The notes beneath the pieces were generated by a model that worked only from the letters and a program-made list of their open reading frames with translations, had not been told where the DNA came from and did not search any database. Made by a program: the position numbers and the translations under genes. A DNA stretch of 64,000 nt from an uncultured Coriobacteriales bacterium (GTDB lineage Bacteria; Actinomycetota; Coriobacteriia; Coriobacteriales; QAMH01). Location: positions 42,090 through 106,089 of the forward strand of contig CAKUES010000001.1 in the NCBI GenBank assembly GCA_934646835.1. The letters are read 5' to 3'. The first letter of the stretch is position 1. Each line of letters starts with the position of its first letter. Positions 37,326 through 46,498 of this stretch are shown one piece after another.

Positions 37326-38372
37326 ATGAGCGATATCCGCGAGCAGGTCAAGGAGTACTACAGCAACCTGAAGTCCTCTGGCGACCTCAAGACCGAGGTC
37401 TGCACCTGTGGCAGCGCACCCAAGGACATCCGGGCCATCATCAACGAGCTGCCCACAGAGATCTGCGAGCGCTTCTACGGCTGTGGCAGCCCCATCCCGC
37501 CCATGCTCGAGGGCTGCACCGTGCTCGACCTGGGCTGCGGCACTGGTCGCGACGTGTTCGCCTGCTCCAAGCTCGTCGGTGAGACCGGCAAGGTCATCGG
37601 CGTCGATATGAACGAGGACCAGCTTGCTGTCGGCGAGAAGTACAAGGACGAGGTCGCCAAGGCCTTTGGCTACACGGCCAGCAACGTCGAGTTCAAGCGC
37701 GGCTACATCGAGGACCTCAAGAGCTTGGGCATCGAGGACAGCAGCATCGACGTCGTCATCTCCAACTGTGTCATCAACCTCTCCCCCTTCAAGGAAGCCG
37801 TGTTCTCGGAGATCTGGCGCGTTCTCACCTACGGCGGCGAGCTCTACTTCTCCGACGTTTTTGCCGACCGCCGCATGCCGGCGGAGCTCGCAGCCGACCC
37901 CGTGCTGCGCGGCGAGTGTATCTCCGGCGCGATGTACATCGAGGACTTCCGCCGCTTGATGCGCAAGATCGGTTGGGAGGACTTCCGTTACATGTCCACC
38001 CGCCGCTCCGTCATCGGCAACGACGAGATCGCCGAGAGGGTCAAGGACTTTACCTTCTTCTCCCACACGGTGCGCGCCTTCAAGATCCCCGACAAGATCG
38101 AGGACCTGTGCGAGCAGTACAACCAGGTCGCAACCTATCAGGGCACCATCCCCGGCATGAACCAGTTCTTCGATCTGGACGACCACCATCGCTTCTTCAC
38201 CGATCAGCCGCTTGAGGTCTGCGGCAACTCTTGCGCGATGGTCGAGGACACGCGCTACGGCAAGGCCTTCAAGATCGAGGGCAACCGCGATGTTCACTAC
38301 GGACCCTTCCCCGGTTGCGGCAACATCCCCTACTCCGCCAACGGCGAGGATGCTGGCGGCTGCTGCTGCTAG
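37326..38372 (+). CDS. arsM: arsenite S-adenosylmethionine methyltransferase
   Basis: SAM motif VLDLGCGTGRD. All four ArsM cysteine positions are present (N-terminal CTCG, YGCGSP, ISNCVINL, GECISGA). C-terminal tail GGCCC. GAAGGAG lies before the ATG. Confidence 0.9.
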   Translation: MSDIREQVKEYYSNLKSSGDLKTEVCTCGSAPKDIRAIINELPTEICERFYGCGSPIPPMLEGCTVLDLGCGTGRDVFACSKLVGETGKVIGVDMNEDQLAVGEKYKDEVAKAFGYTASNVEFKRGYIEDLKSLGIEDSSIDVVISNCVINLSPFKEAVFSEIWRVLTYGGELYFSDVFADRRMPAELAADPVLRGECISGAMYIEDFRRLMRKIGWEDFRYMSTRRSVIGNDEIAERVKDFTFFSHTVRAFKIPDKIEDLCEQYNQVATYQGTIPGMNQFFDLDDHHRFFTDQPLEVCGNSCAMVEDTRYGKAFKIEGNRDVHYGPFPGCGNIPYSANGEDAGGCCC

Positions 38373-38459
38373 GTGCAGCGAGGATCTGTCCGCACAGTAA
38401 TCGAGAGCGTGCCCGGCAATTTGCCTGTCGGGCACGCTCTTTTGGGACGCTCGAACCTC

Positions 38460-38738
38460 GCTGCAACCTATGGCGCCGACTTCGTCTGGCACCTACGTGG
38501 GCTTTGGGACTCGCCGGTGCTGACGCGATGCTCGGCGTGCGTTGCAGCGTTGGGGGCGAATGAATTCGGCCCCAAACTAAGTCTTCCTATGATGAAATAT
38601 TGTTTGCGCAGGTAAAACATACGTAGGGGCCGAATTCATTCGACCCGGCGCGACGGGAATCAGATGTTTGTGCGGAAGCATCCTCAGGACGCAAGCCCAC
38701 GTAGGCGCCAGACGCAGTCGGCGCCATCAGGTTGCGAC
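38460..38738. repeat. family B composite (B 38460-38497 in plus orientation, B 38700-38738 in minus orientation) with nested AT-rich insert
   Basis: The inverted B pair has a centre carrying a second inverted repeat, ggggcgaatgaattcggcccc / ggggccgaattcattcgaccc, around a 50-bp AT-rich stretch. Confidence 0.8.
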
Positions 38739-38763
38739 GATTTGGCGGCCCGCCAACGGGCTC

Positions 38764-38913
38764 CGAAACAAAAAGTACACGAAGTGTTAAGGGTTTCCGC
38801 GAGCGGGCGAGTAGGCGGCGATTTCTGCTCGCAAAACCGCAGGTCACGGCGTTGCCGATTTTTGGCTACTCGCCTGCTCGCCGAAACCCTTAACACTTCG
38901 TGTACTTTTTGTT
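38764..38913 (+). repeat. family A palindromic element, copy A5
   Basis: TIRs gaaacaaaaagtacacgaagtgttaagggttt / aaacccttaacacttcgtgtactttttgttc, with the core in plus orientation. Confidence 0.85.
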
Positions 38914-39008
38914 CGCCAGGCGCTCCGCAATCGCAGCCTGAGCGCAACTAACTGCCGCTGCAGGCATCGGTTGCCTGCGGCGGTGGTTCGCTCTGTGTCA
39001 GAGAGGCG

Positions 39009-39557
39009 CTACTCACCCGGGAAGTAGGGGCACTGCCCGCGCAGGCACTGGGCATTGCCGCCACAGAAGGTGCAGGTCACGCGCTCAGGGCGCACCATGC
39101 GCACGTTGAAGTGCTCGTTGAGAAAATCAATCGCGTCGAGGGCAGCGGTATAGCTCGAGCGACTGCAGCAACGCGGCAGCTCGGCCTCGGCGATATGCCC
39201 TTGCACCGTCGCCGTTAGGCGCTGGCACTGCCCCCAGGGCTCGCGCGTCATGGGCGTCGCGCCGTTGATAACGCTGAGCGCCTGGCCCACGCCCACCGCC
39301 ACACCGCAGCAGCACCACGACTCGCACGAGCAACCGGGGACCTGCCCAGCTCGCGCGGCGTATTCCTTGAGGGCAGCGCCCTTGGTCATCGTGCCGCCGT
39401 TGATCTTGCCACCCGCATTGAAGAAGGCCGTGATGACGGCCGCACCCGCAGCCATATGGCGCATGGGGTCCTCGGCGCAGCAGCCCGCGCCAGCAAGCAG
39501 ACCCTCCATGACATCGATCGCATCGCACGAGCGATTGGTAATGCAGCTCTTGAACAT
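39009..39557 (-). CDS. Cys-rich protein, short paralog of 47723..48442 (possibly DUF5714-like)
   Basis: Shares GGKINGG, PGCSCESWCCCG..VGQALSVINGATPM, RCC..S..TAALDAIDFLNEHFNV and VTCTFCGGNAQCLRGQCPYFP with the long paralog. It lacks the Zn-ribbon N-terminus. Start at MFKSC (39557). Confidence 0.6.
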   Translation of the reverse strand: MFKSCITNRSCDAIDVMEGLLAGAGCCAEDPMRHMAAGAAVITAFFNAGGKINGGTMTKGAALKEYAARAGQVPGCSCESWCCCGVAVGVGQALSVINGATPMTREPWGQCQRLTATVQGHIAEAELPRCCSRSSYTAALDAIDFLNEHFNVRMVRPERVTCTFCGGNAQCLRGQCPYFPGE

Positions 39558-39667
39558 CTCTTCCTCTCTACGCGGACACCCGCGCACCCTCATCAAACGC
39601 AAAGACGCGCTCGCCAGCATTACAGCCAGCGAGCGCGCAAAAGCTCGAAACCTACTATCCCTTGCAG

Positions 39668-40606
39668 CTAGCAGCAGCTGCTGGTCACGACCTCGCCGTT
39701 ATCGGCAGTGTAAGGGATGTTGCCGCAGCCGGGATAGGGGCCGTAGTGCACGTTGCGGTTGCCGTCGATCTTAAAGTACTTGCCCACGCGCGTGTCCTGG
39801 ACCATGGAGCAGGAGTTGCCGCAAACCTCGAGCGGCTCGTCCTTGACAAAGCGATGATGATCGTCGAGGTCGTAGTACTCGTCACAGCCCTCGATGCCGC
39901 CCAGGTAGGTGGCAACCTGGCCGTACTGCTCGCACAAGTCCTCGATCTTGTCGGGGATCTTGTAGGCGCGCACGGTGCGGATAAAGAAGGTGATGCCGGC
40001 AAAATCGGGGTCGTCAGTGGAGGTGGCGACGGTACGTGTGTGACGGAAGTCTGCCCAACCGGCGGCGGTCATCTGACGGCGGAAGTCCTCGATGTACATT
40101 GCGGAGCCGGTGCCGGCAGCGCGCTTGACGGGGCAGGACTTGATGGAGGCGGTCATGCGACGATCGGCGAAGACGTCGGTTGCGTAGAGCTCGCCACCAT
40201 AAGCCAGCACACGCCAAACCTCGTTGAGGACAGCCTGGGTGTTGATCGGCGCAGAGATGCCGCAGTTGGAGATGACGAGGTCAGTCTCGGAGTCGACGAT
40301 CGCCTCGAGGTTGGTGAGCTCGCTCACGATGAACTGGCAGTTAGCCGGGGCGTGCTTGCGCGCGACGGCGATCTTGTCTGCATCCGGATCAACGCCGATG
40401 ACCATGCCGTCTTCGCCAACGAGCTTGGAGGCGATGTAGGCGTCTCGACCGGTGCCACAGCCCAGGACGAGGACGCGGATGCCCTCCATCGCAGGCGGGA
40501 AGGGGTAACCGGTCGTGACCGTGCCAGCGATAACCTCCTCGGGGATCTCCTTCAAGATCTCCGCGATCTTCTCCGACGGGGTGCCGGGAATGCGAATCTC
40601 GCTCAT
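39668..40606 (-). CDS. ArsM-like SAM methyltransferase paralog lacking three of the four As(III)-binding cysteine positions
   Basis: VLVLGCGTGRD. The C-terminal half is almost collinear with ArsM (KIPDKIEDLCEQY..VATY...LEVCGNSC.MV.DTR.GK.FKI.GNR.VHYGP.PGCGNIPY). YGCG is replaced by GYPFPP, GECISGA by AAGTGSA, and there is no N-terminal Cys. The tail is SSCC. Confidence 0.8.
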   Translation of the reverse strand: MSEIRIPGTPSEKIAEILKEIPEEVIAGTVTTGYPFPPAMEGIRVLVLGCGTGRDAYIASKLVGEDGMVIGVDPDADKIAVARKHAPANCQFIVSELTNLEAIVDSETDLVISNCGISAPINTQAVLNEVWRVLAYGGELYATDVFADRRMTASIKSCPVKRAAGTGSAMYIEDFRRQMTAAGWADFRHTRTVATSTDDPDFAGITFFIRTVRAYKIPDKIEDLCEQYGQVATYLGGIEGCDEYYDLDDHHRFVKDEPLEVCGNSCSMVQDTRVGKYFKIDGNRNVHYGPYPGCGNIPYTADNGEVVTSSCC

Positions 40607-40681
40607 AGTGATGCTTCCTTTCTCGAAACCGGCCGCACGGCCGGCTTGTCCCTAGTAATCGAAACGCCGCAGGGCCAGCCC

Positions 40682-41320
40682 TTACCTGAACGCGCTCAAA
40701 ATGCCGCCGAACATGGCATCGAGCTGGTCTTTCGACAGCTCATTGAGCGTCCAGGCACCGTTGGTTCGCGTCAGGTTCAAGTCGATGGTCTTGCTCTTGG
40801 ACTTGCTGCTCAGGGCAGAGACCTCGTCTTCGACCTTGGCGATCAAGGCCTTGGTCATCTCCGCGTCCGCGTCGCTGCCGTCGCTCACAGCCTTGATGAA
40901 GCCCTCACCAAAACCCTCCATGCCGTCCTTGTACGCGCTGCCAAAGTCGTAGGCCTTGAAGGTCACGTTGACCTTGGCGGTGTTGTTGTCGATGGCTGTG
41001 CTGTTGATGGTGTAGTCGAACGAGCACAGCTTCTTGGAGACATCGGCGATAAACTCCTGCTGGCTATCGCTCAAGCTATCAGTGTCAGGCGACATGGCGA
41101 CGTCATCCTTTGCGGACAGCATGCCCACGACGTCCTTGCTCTTGCTGTCGAGCTTGCCGCCGGTGTACACCGTAGCAAGCGTCGTACCGTCCATCGTCTT
41201 GATGGAGGTCAGGGCCGTATCGGCAACCTCCGCCGGCTTCATCTCGCCGCAACCGGCCAGGCTCAGCGCCATAATCGACGCTACACCCAGGGCTGCTAGC
41301 GGCCTCATGAACTTACGCAT
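40682..41320 (-). CDS. lipoprotein of unknown function
   Basis: Signal and lipobox MRKFMRPLAALGVASIMALSLAGC. The ATG overlaps the TorD-like stop by 8 nt. Confidence 0.65.
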   Translation of the reverse strand: MRKFMRPLAALGVASIMALSLAGCGEMKPAEVADTALTSIKTMDGTTLATVYTGGKLDSKSKDVVGMLSAKDDVAMSPDTDSLSDSQQEFIADVSKKLCSFDYTINSTAIDNNTAKVNVTFKAYDFGSAYKDGMEGFGEGFIKAVSDGSDADAEMTKALIAKVEDEVSALSSKSKSKTIDLNLTRTNGAWTLNELSKDQLDAMFGGILSAFR

Positions 41321-41966
41321 CCAATACCTCCTCGCTCAAAACACCGACGAGAAGACGCATCAGCGCAGGGTAGAGCGGAAACTCTGCATAGTCGTCGACC
41401 AGCTGCTTGAACTCCGGCAGCCAACGCAGGATATAGAGCGCGACGAAGTCGCGATAGGCCTCGACGAACTCCTCCTGGCCGCGCTGCTCGTGGGTGGCGG
41501 CGAGCCGTGCCGCAAAGGCGAGCAGGTAGCGGATGTGATCGGCCGGCTCGTGCTCGCTGGCAGACAGCTCCAGCCCAAACTGCTCGTAGAGCTGGGCCAC
41601 CTCCATGGTCGTCGGGCCGTAGACCTGGTGCTCACCGTCGACGTAGTACGACGCGTAGGGCGGCGCGTACATTTTGAAGCTGCCGATAAAGAGCCTCGTG
41701 TACTCGAGCTGGGCGGGCTCGGCGTCTTGCGGCTGCTCGACGCTGGGCGCCGCAAAGGCCTGCGCTGCATCGAGGACAGCGGTGATTTGCTCGGCATATG
41801 CCGAGCACGCAGCATCTGCCACACACAAGCGCAGGGGCGCAAGCGCCGCCTGCAGGCCCAACGCGGGATAGGTCAGGGCCGCAGACAGCGCTGCGAGCAG
41901 CGAGGACGGGGCGACGGGGGCGATGGGGGCGATGTTCCCAGAGTTTTCCTGCATGTCCCCTACCAC
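41313..41966 (-). CDS. TorD/DmsD-family molybdoenzyme maturation chaperone (ArrD-like)
   Basis: EYTRLFIG...PPYASYY...EPADHIRYLLAFAA, the typical TorD-family pattern. The start is either GTG 41966 (overlapping the upstream TAG) or ATG 41954. Confidence 0.75.
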   Translation of the reverse strand: MVGDMQENSGNIAPIAPVAPSSLLAALSAALTYPALGLQAALAPLRLCVADAACSAYAEQITAVLDAAQAFAAPSVEQPQDAEPAQLEYTRLFIGSFKMYAPPYASYYVDGEHQVYGPTTMEVAQLYEQFGLELSASEHEPADHIRYLLAFAARLAATHEQRGQEEFVEAYRDFVALYILRWLPEFKQLVDDYAEFPLYPALMRLLVGVLSEEVLDA

Positions 41967-42673
41967 GTCTTCTTGAACTCGCGGATGTAGTAGACGGCGG
42001 GCTTGGTGCCCTTCTCCGGCTTGAGGACCGTGGGCTCAAAGGACTGGGTGAGCTCGTAGATCTCGCCGTAGATGTCTGCCTCGTTGCCAAAGATGCGCGC
42101 ACCTGCGGGGCAGGCGTCGACGCAATAGGGCTTGTCGCCGGAGTAGACCAGGTGCTTGCACATCTGGCACTTGAGCGGGCCGCCCTTCCTGGTGTTGGGC
42201 AGGTTGTACGCGTCGAGCGCCGGGTCATGGGAGGGGTACTTGGCTCCGATGAACTCCTGCATCTCCTCAGGCGTGCCCGTGCAGTCCTTGATGAGCTGCT
42301 TGACGGAGCTCACCTGATCAGCGCTGGACTCGCCGTCGCAGCGCGTGATGGCGTGGTAAGGGCAGGCCGCAGCGCACAGGCCGCAGGCGACGCACTTGCT
42401 CGGGTCGTGCACGGTGAGGCCGTACTCGTCCTTGTGCATGGCATGCGTGGGGCACGCCTTGACGCAGGCGGCGTCGGTGCAGTGGTTGCACATGACCGGC
42501 CTGTAGGAGTACTCGACGTCCGGGAAGGTGCCCGTAGTCTCGTTGACGTGATAGGTCAAAAACGTGCCCTCGGGGACCTCGTTATGGGTTTTGCACGCGA
42601 TCTCGCATGCACCGCAGCCGACGCAGCGGTGCAGGTCGATGACCATGGCGTAGCGGGTCTTCTTGTCTGCCAT
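41960..42673 (-). CDS. arrB: 4Fe-4S ferredoxin-type subunit (putative ArrB)
   Basis: Four Cys groups (CVGCGACEIAC, CNHCTDAACVKAC, CVACGLCAAAC, CQMC...C). GAGGAG lies before the ATG, 2 nt after the large-subunit stop. Confidence 0.8.
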   Translation of the reverse strand: MADKKTRYAMVIDLHRCVGCGACEIACKTHNEVPEGTFLTYHVNETTGTFPDVEYSYRPVMCNHCTDAACVKACPTHAMHKDEYGLTVHDPSKCVACGLCAAACPYHAITRCDGESSADQVSSVKQLIKDCTGTPEEMQEFIGAKYPSHDPALDAYNLPNTRKGGPLKCQMCKHLVYSGDKPYCVDACPAGARIFGNEADIYGEIYELTQSFEPTVLKPEKGTKPAVYYIREFKKTW

Positions 42674-42675
42674 CT

Positions 42676-45267
42676 TTACTCCTCAACCTTCTCGATCTTC
42701 ACGCGGGCGAAACCGCCGTGGCGCGCGCTGTTGTTGGAGATGTGGTCGAAGACGCTCGGCAGGATCTCGTTGTTGTTGCCACCGCGCGGCTGGTGCTTGG
42801 CAAAGTCCTTGGCGGCGATGTGGCCGTATGCCCAGTGGCCCTGGCCGTAGCACTTGATGACGACACCCGGGCGCGTGCCCTCCCAACCCTTGGCATGGAC
42901 GGTGATGGAGCCCTGGACGGAGGTCACCTTGATGGTGTCGCCGTCCTTGAGGCCCAGCGCGGCCATGTCAACGGGGTTGATCTTCATGACGTCGTCCCAA
43001 GCCTCGTCGCCGGGGTCGACGTCCTTGAACTCCTGGTAGCCAACGCAGTTGGCGCTGCGGCCCTCGCGGTTGAGGCGGCTGCGGTGCTCCTCGAAGATAT
43101 AGGGGAACTCGCTCTCGTCGCCCAGGCGCACCGGCTCCTCGTAATGAGGAACGAAGGCGCGGCCGTCGCGAGCCTCGTAGCCCATCCACTCCATAACCTG
43201 GTCGGTGCCGACGCGGTACATGTCGGCCTTCTTCTCCAAGTCGCGCTTGAGGGTCTCGGAGTAGAACTCGAACTTGCCGGTCTCGGTGCCAAAGTTGCCC
43301 CAGTGCTTCTTGAAGCCCGCGGGCTTGGAGTTGAAGACGCCCTTTGAGGCGAAGTTGCGCCAGCTCTTGAGGCTGTCGCCCTGGCCGGCCTTCTCTGCGT
43401 CGCCGTTCCAGAAGGGCTCGGTGACGAGCTTGACGGCGATTTCTGCGAACTTGGCGGCGTCGGTGGGACGATTGCCGGTCTCGGGGTCGATGAAGGCCTG
43501 CGAGTAGTACTTGTAGATGTCGCCAAAGCCGCGCTCGTCGAGCTTCTTGGCGAGCTCCCAGGCGATCTCCGTCTCGTCGGTGAGGGTGTCCCACAGCGGC
43601 TTGATAATCGGCTGCTGAACGCTCATGTAACTGATGAGGCCCTGGTAGTTCTTCTGGCAGCCCCAGCGCTCGAAGAGGTGATGCTTGGCCGGAAGGACGA
43701 TGTCGGCGAACATCGCGGACTCGCTCACATGCGTGGTGATGCAGGCGTAGAAGGGAACGCTGGCCAGTGCCTTCTCCCAGCGCTGAGCGCCGGTGGCGGA
43801 GTAGGCGAAGTTGCACCAGCAGCTGATGAGCACCTTGGTGTCGTACCAGCCTGCATCCTCGACGTCGTGGTTGATGACGTCGGCGAGTCGGTTGGTGATG
43901 ACCATATCGTTGATCTTGCCGCCGTGCGCGCCGAGGAACTCCTTCTCGACGCGGCCGTCGATCTTGGGCTTCTTGGCGTTGGAGCGGGCGTTGCCGTTGC
44001 GCCAGCGATTGTGGTCGGGCAGGTGGCCGGCCGTCATGGACGCCGTGCGCATCGTGCCGCCCTCGTGCTCGGTGGAGCCGACGAGGCCGTTGAGGGCGTT
44101 AGCAGCCATGGCGCCGTAGACGCCGCGCGGCTGGTTGGAGACGCCGGGGCTCATCCAGGAGATGGAGCTGGCGCCGTATTTGCCAAACTGCGTCGCCACG
44201 TCGATGATCGTCTCCGCGGGGATGCCGGTGATCTCTGCGGCCCACTCGGGGGTCTTATCCTTGAGCTCGATGTTCCACCAGCGCACCAGGCCGTAGCCCT
44301 TGTTGTACTCGAACTTCTCCTCGTCGACCATCTCGCCGGCGACGAAGAGGTTGATGCGGGTGTTGGCGTCGTCGGAGATGTCGCGGTTCCAGACACCGGT
44401 CTTGAAATCGCCGACGAACTCCTTATTCCACAGGCCCTTGGTGAGGATGACGTGCGCCATGGCGCAGGCCAGCGCACCGTCGGTGCCGGGGATGATGGGG
44501 AGCCACTTGTCGGACTTGGCGGCGGTGGCGCTCAGGCGCGGGTCGACGACGTAGATCTTCGCGCCGTCCATGACGTCGCCCCACTTGGAGATGACAGAGG
44601 AGACCTGGCGGTTGGAGGCGATGGGGTCAGTCGACCACATGATGATGCACTTGGCGTTGGCAAGGTCGTAGTCGCGGTAGTTGAAGAAGCCCTCGGTGTA
44701 GTAGGCGCCCGCCTTCTCGACCTCTGCGCACAGCGTGGAGTGGCCGTAGTAGTTGGGCGTGCCAAAGAGCACGGGAAACTTGCTGTGGAGGACGTCGCCC
44801 ACAGCAGTGGAGCGGCCCTTCAGCATCATGAGCTTGTGGGTTTCCTTGTTCTCCTGCAGCTCCATGAGCTTGTCGGCGATCGTGCCAAGCGCCTCGTCCC
44901 AGGTAATGGGCACGAAGCCGGGGTCGATGTCGCGGCCCTTCTCAGGGTTGGTGCGCTTCATCGGCGTCTTGATGCGATCGGGATCGTAGAGCTGCTGAAT
45001 CGCCAGATGAGGACGGGGGCAGATGTTTCCGCCGGTGGCCTTGCAGTTCCAGTTGCCCTTGATGCGCAGGACGCGACCGCCCTGCGTGTAGACCTTAACC
45101 GGGCAGAAGGAAGTGCAGCCCTGGCAGGTGGACGCGGTCCACTTGCCTTTCTCGTTCTTCTTATGCGACTCGTCTGCAACGGCTGTGAAGGGGTTGGCAG
45201 CGCCGACACCTGCAGCCGCTAGTCCCAAGGCGCTAGCCTTGAGAAACGAGCGTCTATTCAGATTCAA
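42676..45267 (-). CDS. arrA: Tat-exported molybdopterin oxidoreductase, putative respiratory arsenate reductase large subunit (ArrA-type)
   Basis: Twin-arginine leader MNLNRRSFLKASALGLAAAGVGA. The blocks STCQGCTSFC, LQQLYDPDR, HSTLCAE and GQGHWAYGHIAA match my recollection of ArrA sequences. TTG start with AGGAAG 5 nt upstream. Confidence 0.8.
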   Translation of the reverse strand: MNLNRRSFLKASALGLAAAGVGAANPFTAVADESHKKNEKGKWTASTCQGCTSFCPVKVYTQGGRVLRIKGNWNCKATGGNICPRPHLAIQQLYDPDRIKTPMKRTNPEKGRDIDPGFVPITWDEALGTIADKLMELQENKETHKLMMLKGRSTAVGDVLHSKFPVLFGTPNYYGHSTLCAEVEKAGAYYTEGFFNYRDYDLANAKCIIMWSTDPIASNRQVSSVISKWGDVMDGAKIYVVDPRLSATAAKSDKWLPIIPGTDGALACAMAHVILTKGLWNKEFVGDFKTGVWNRDISDDANTRINLFVAGEMVDEEKFEYNKGYGLVRWWNIELKDKTPEWAAEITGIPAETIIDVATQFGKYGASSISWMSPGVSNQPRGVYGAMAANALNGLVGSTEHEGGTMRTASMTAGHLPDHNRWRNGNARSNAKKPKIDGRVEKEFLGAHGGKINDMVITNRLADVINHDVEDAGWYDTKVLISCWCNFAYSATGAQRWEKALASVPFYACITTHVSESAMFADIVLPAKHHLFERWGCQKNYQGLISYMSVQQPIIKPLWDTLTDETEIAWELAKKLDERGFGDIYKYYSQAFIDPETGNRPTDAAKFAEIAVKLVTEPFWNGDAEKAGQGDSLKSWRNFASKGVFNSKPAGFKKHWGNFGTETGKFEFYSETLKRDLEKKADMYRVGTDQVMEWMGYEARDGRAFVPHYEEPVRLGDESEFPYIFEEHRSRLNREGRSANCVGYQEFKDVDPGDEAWDDVMKINPVDMAALGLKDGDTIKVTSVQGSITVHAKGWEGTRPGVVIKCYGQGHWAYGHIAAKDFAKHQPRGGNNNEILPSVFDHISNNSARHGGFARVKIEKVEE

Positions 45268-45476
45268 TTGGACTTCCTGTTCTCTCTTCTCTCTCGACGC
45301 AGGTTGCTCAGGCCTGCAAAGCCCCTCTCGCCATATGCTCGCCGTTATCTTGGTTTGGGGAAGTCATGCATACGGCAGGCGAATGCGGCTATTGTAGGCG
45401 TTTCTTTACAGGAATTTGACGAAAATTGCATATTGGCTCTTATTCGGATGAATTTTATAGAGCAATAACAATGCTA

Positions 45477-45505
45477 TTTGCATTTTGCTAATAGCTTCTC
45501 TATAC
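45477..45505 (+). promoter_or_regulatory. candidate sigma-70-type promoter of the second MIP gene, overlapped by a 6-11-6 inverted repeat
   Basis: TTGCAT (45477-45482), 17 nt, TATACT (45500-45505). The inverted repeat GCTATT-N11-AATAGC lies at 45472-45494. Confidence 0.35.
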
Positions 45506-45575
45506 TTCATGACTGGCGGAAGTCACCCCTGTGCTCACAGGGAATCGCCACCTCGTGAGAAAGAGTCCTACTCAA

Positions 45576-46373
45576 ATGAAAATCGCAAAGACCCTCGTCG
45601 GTGAGATCATCGGCACCTTCATGATGTGCTTTCTGGGCATCGGCGCTGTCGCGACCGCGACCCTGTACGGCGCACTCACCGGCCCTGGCCAGATCGGCCT
45701 CGTCTGGGGTATCGCAATCGCGCTGGGCATCTTCATGACCCGCAGCCTGTCTGACGCGCACTTCAACCCTGCCGTTACCCTGGCCATGTGCATCTCCGGC
45801 CGCAACAAGTGGTCCGAGCTGCCCGTCTACTTCATCGGCCAGTGCATCGGCGCCTTCCTCGGCGCTGGCGCCCTGTGGATCCTCTTCGCCGACTCCGTCG
45901 CCAAGAACCTGGCAAACGCCGGCCTGACCATGTCCACCAACTCCATCGGCTCTGCCGCCACCATCTGGGCCGAGGTCTTCCCCAACAGCTCCCAGGCCAT
46001 GATCTCCATGCAGGGTGCAATGTTCGCCGAGGGCTTCGCCGTCTTCATCCTGTGCCTGGTCATCCTCGTCGTGACCGACAAGAACAACGAGGGCGCCCCC
46101 ACCGCAGCACTCGCACCGCTGTTCATCGGCCTCACCGTCACCGTTCTGATCAACGTCGTCGGCCCTCTGACCGACGCTGGTCTCAACCCCGCCCGTGACC
46201 TCATGCCCCGCGTGGTCGCGATGATGGTTGGCTTCAAGACCGTTGCCTTTGGCACCAACGCCTTCAACGTCTGGATGGTCTACACCGTCGCGCCGTTCAT
46301 CGGCGGTGCTGTTGCAGCCCTGCTGTATCGCTTTGGCCTCACTCGCATGTTTGAGGACAAGAACGAGGCCTAA
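45576..46373 (+). CDS. MIP-family channel (aquaglyceroporin-like)
   Basis: SDAHFNPAVTLAM and DAGLNPARDLMPR. The start is taken at MKIAKTLVGEIIG (45576). Confidence 0.9.
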   Translation: MKIAKTLVGEIIGTFMMCFLGIGAVATATLYGALTGPGQIGLVWGIAIALGIFMTRSLSDAHFNPAVTLAMCISGRNKWSELPVYFIGQCIGAFLGAGALWILFADSVAKNLANAGLTMSTNSIGSAATIWAEVFPNSSQAMISMQGAMFAEGFAVFILCLVILVVTDKNNEGAPTAALAPLFIGLTVTVLINVVGPLTDAGLNPARDLMPRVVAMMVGFKTVAFGTNAFNVWMVYTVAPFIGGAVAALLYRFGLTRMFEDKNEA

Positions 46374-46411
46374 GCTTTGGATCGCATAGCCGCAGCCAGT
46401 GCGGCAATGTC

Positions 46412-46444
46412 GAACGCGCCCGTCGGTTCCCCGCGGGCGCGTTT
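46412..46444 (+). terminator. intrinsic terminator after the MIP gene
   Basis: aacgcgcccg-tcggttccccg-cgggcgcgtt followed by ttc. Confidence 0.5.
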
Positions 46445-46498
46445 TCAGTGCGCGGGCAATGTGCTTGAGAGGTGGACGGCGATCGGGGTCCCCAGCCC

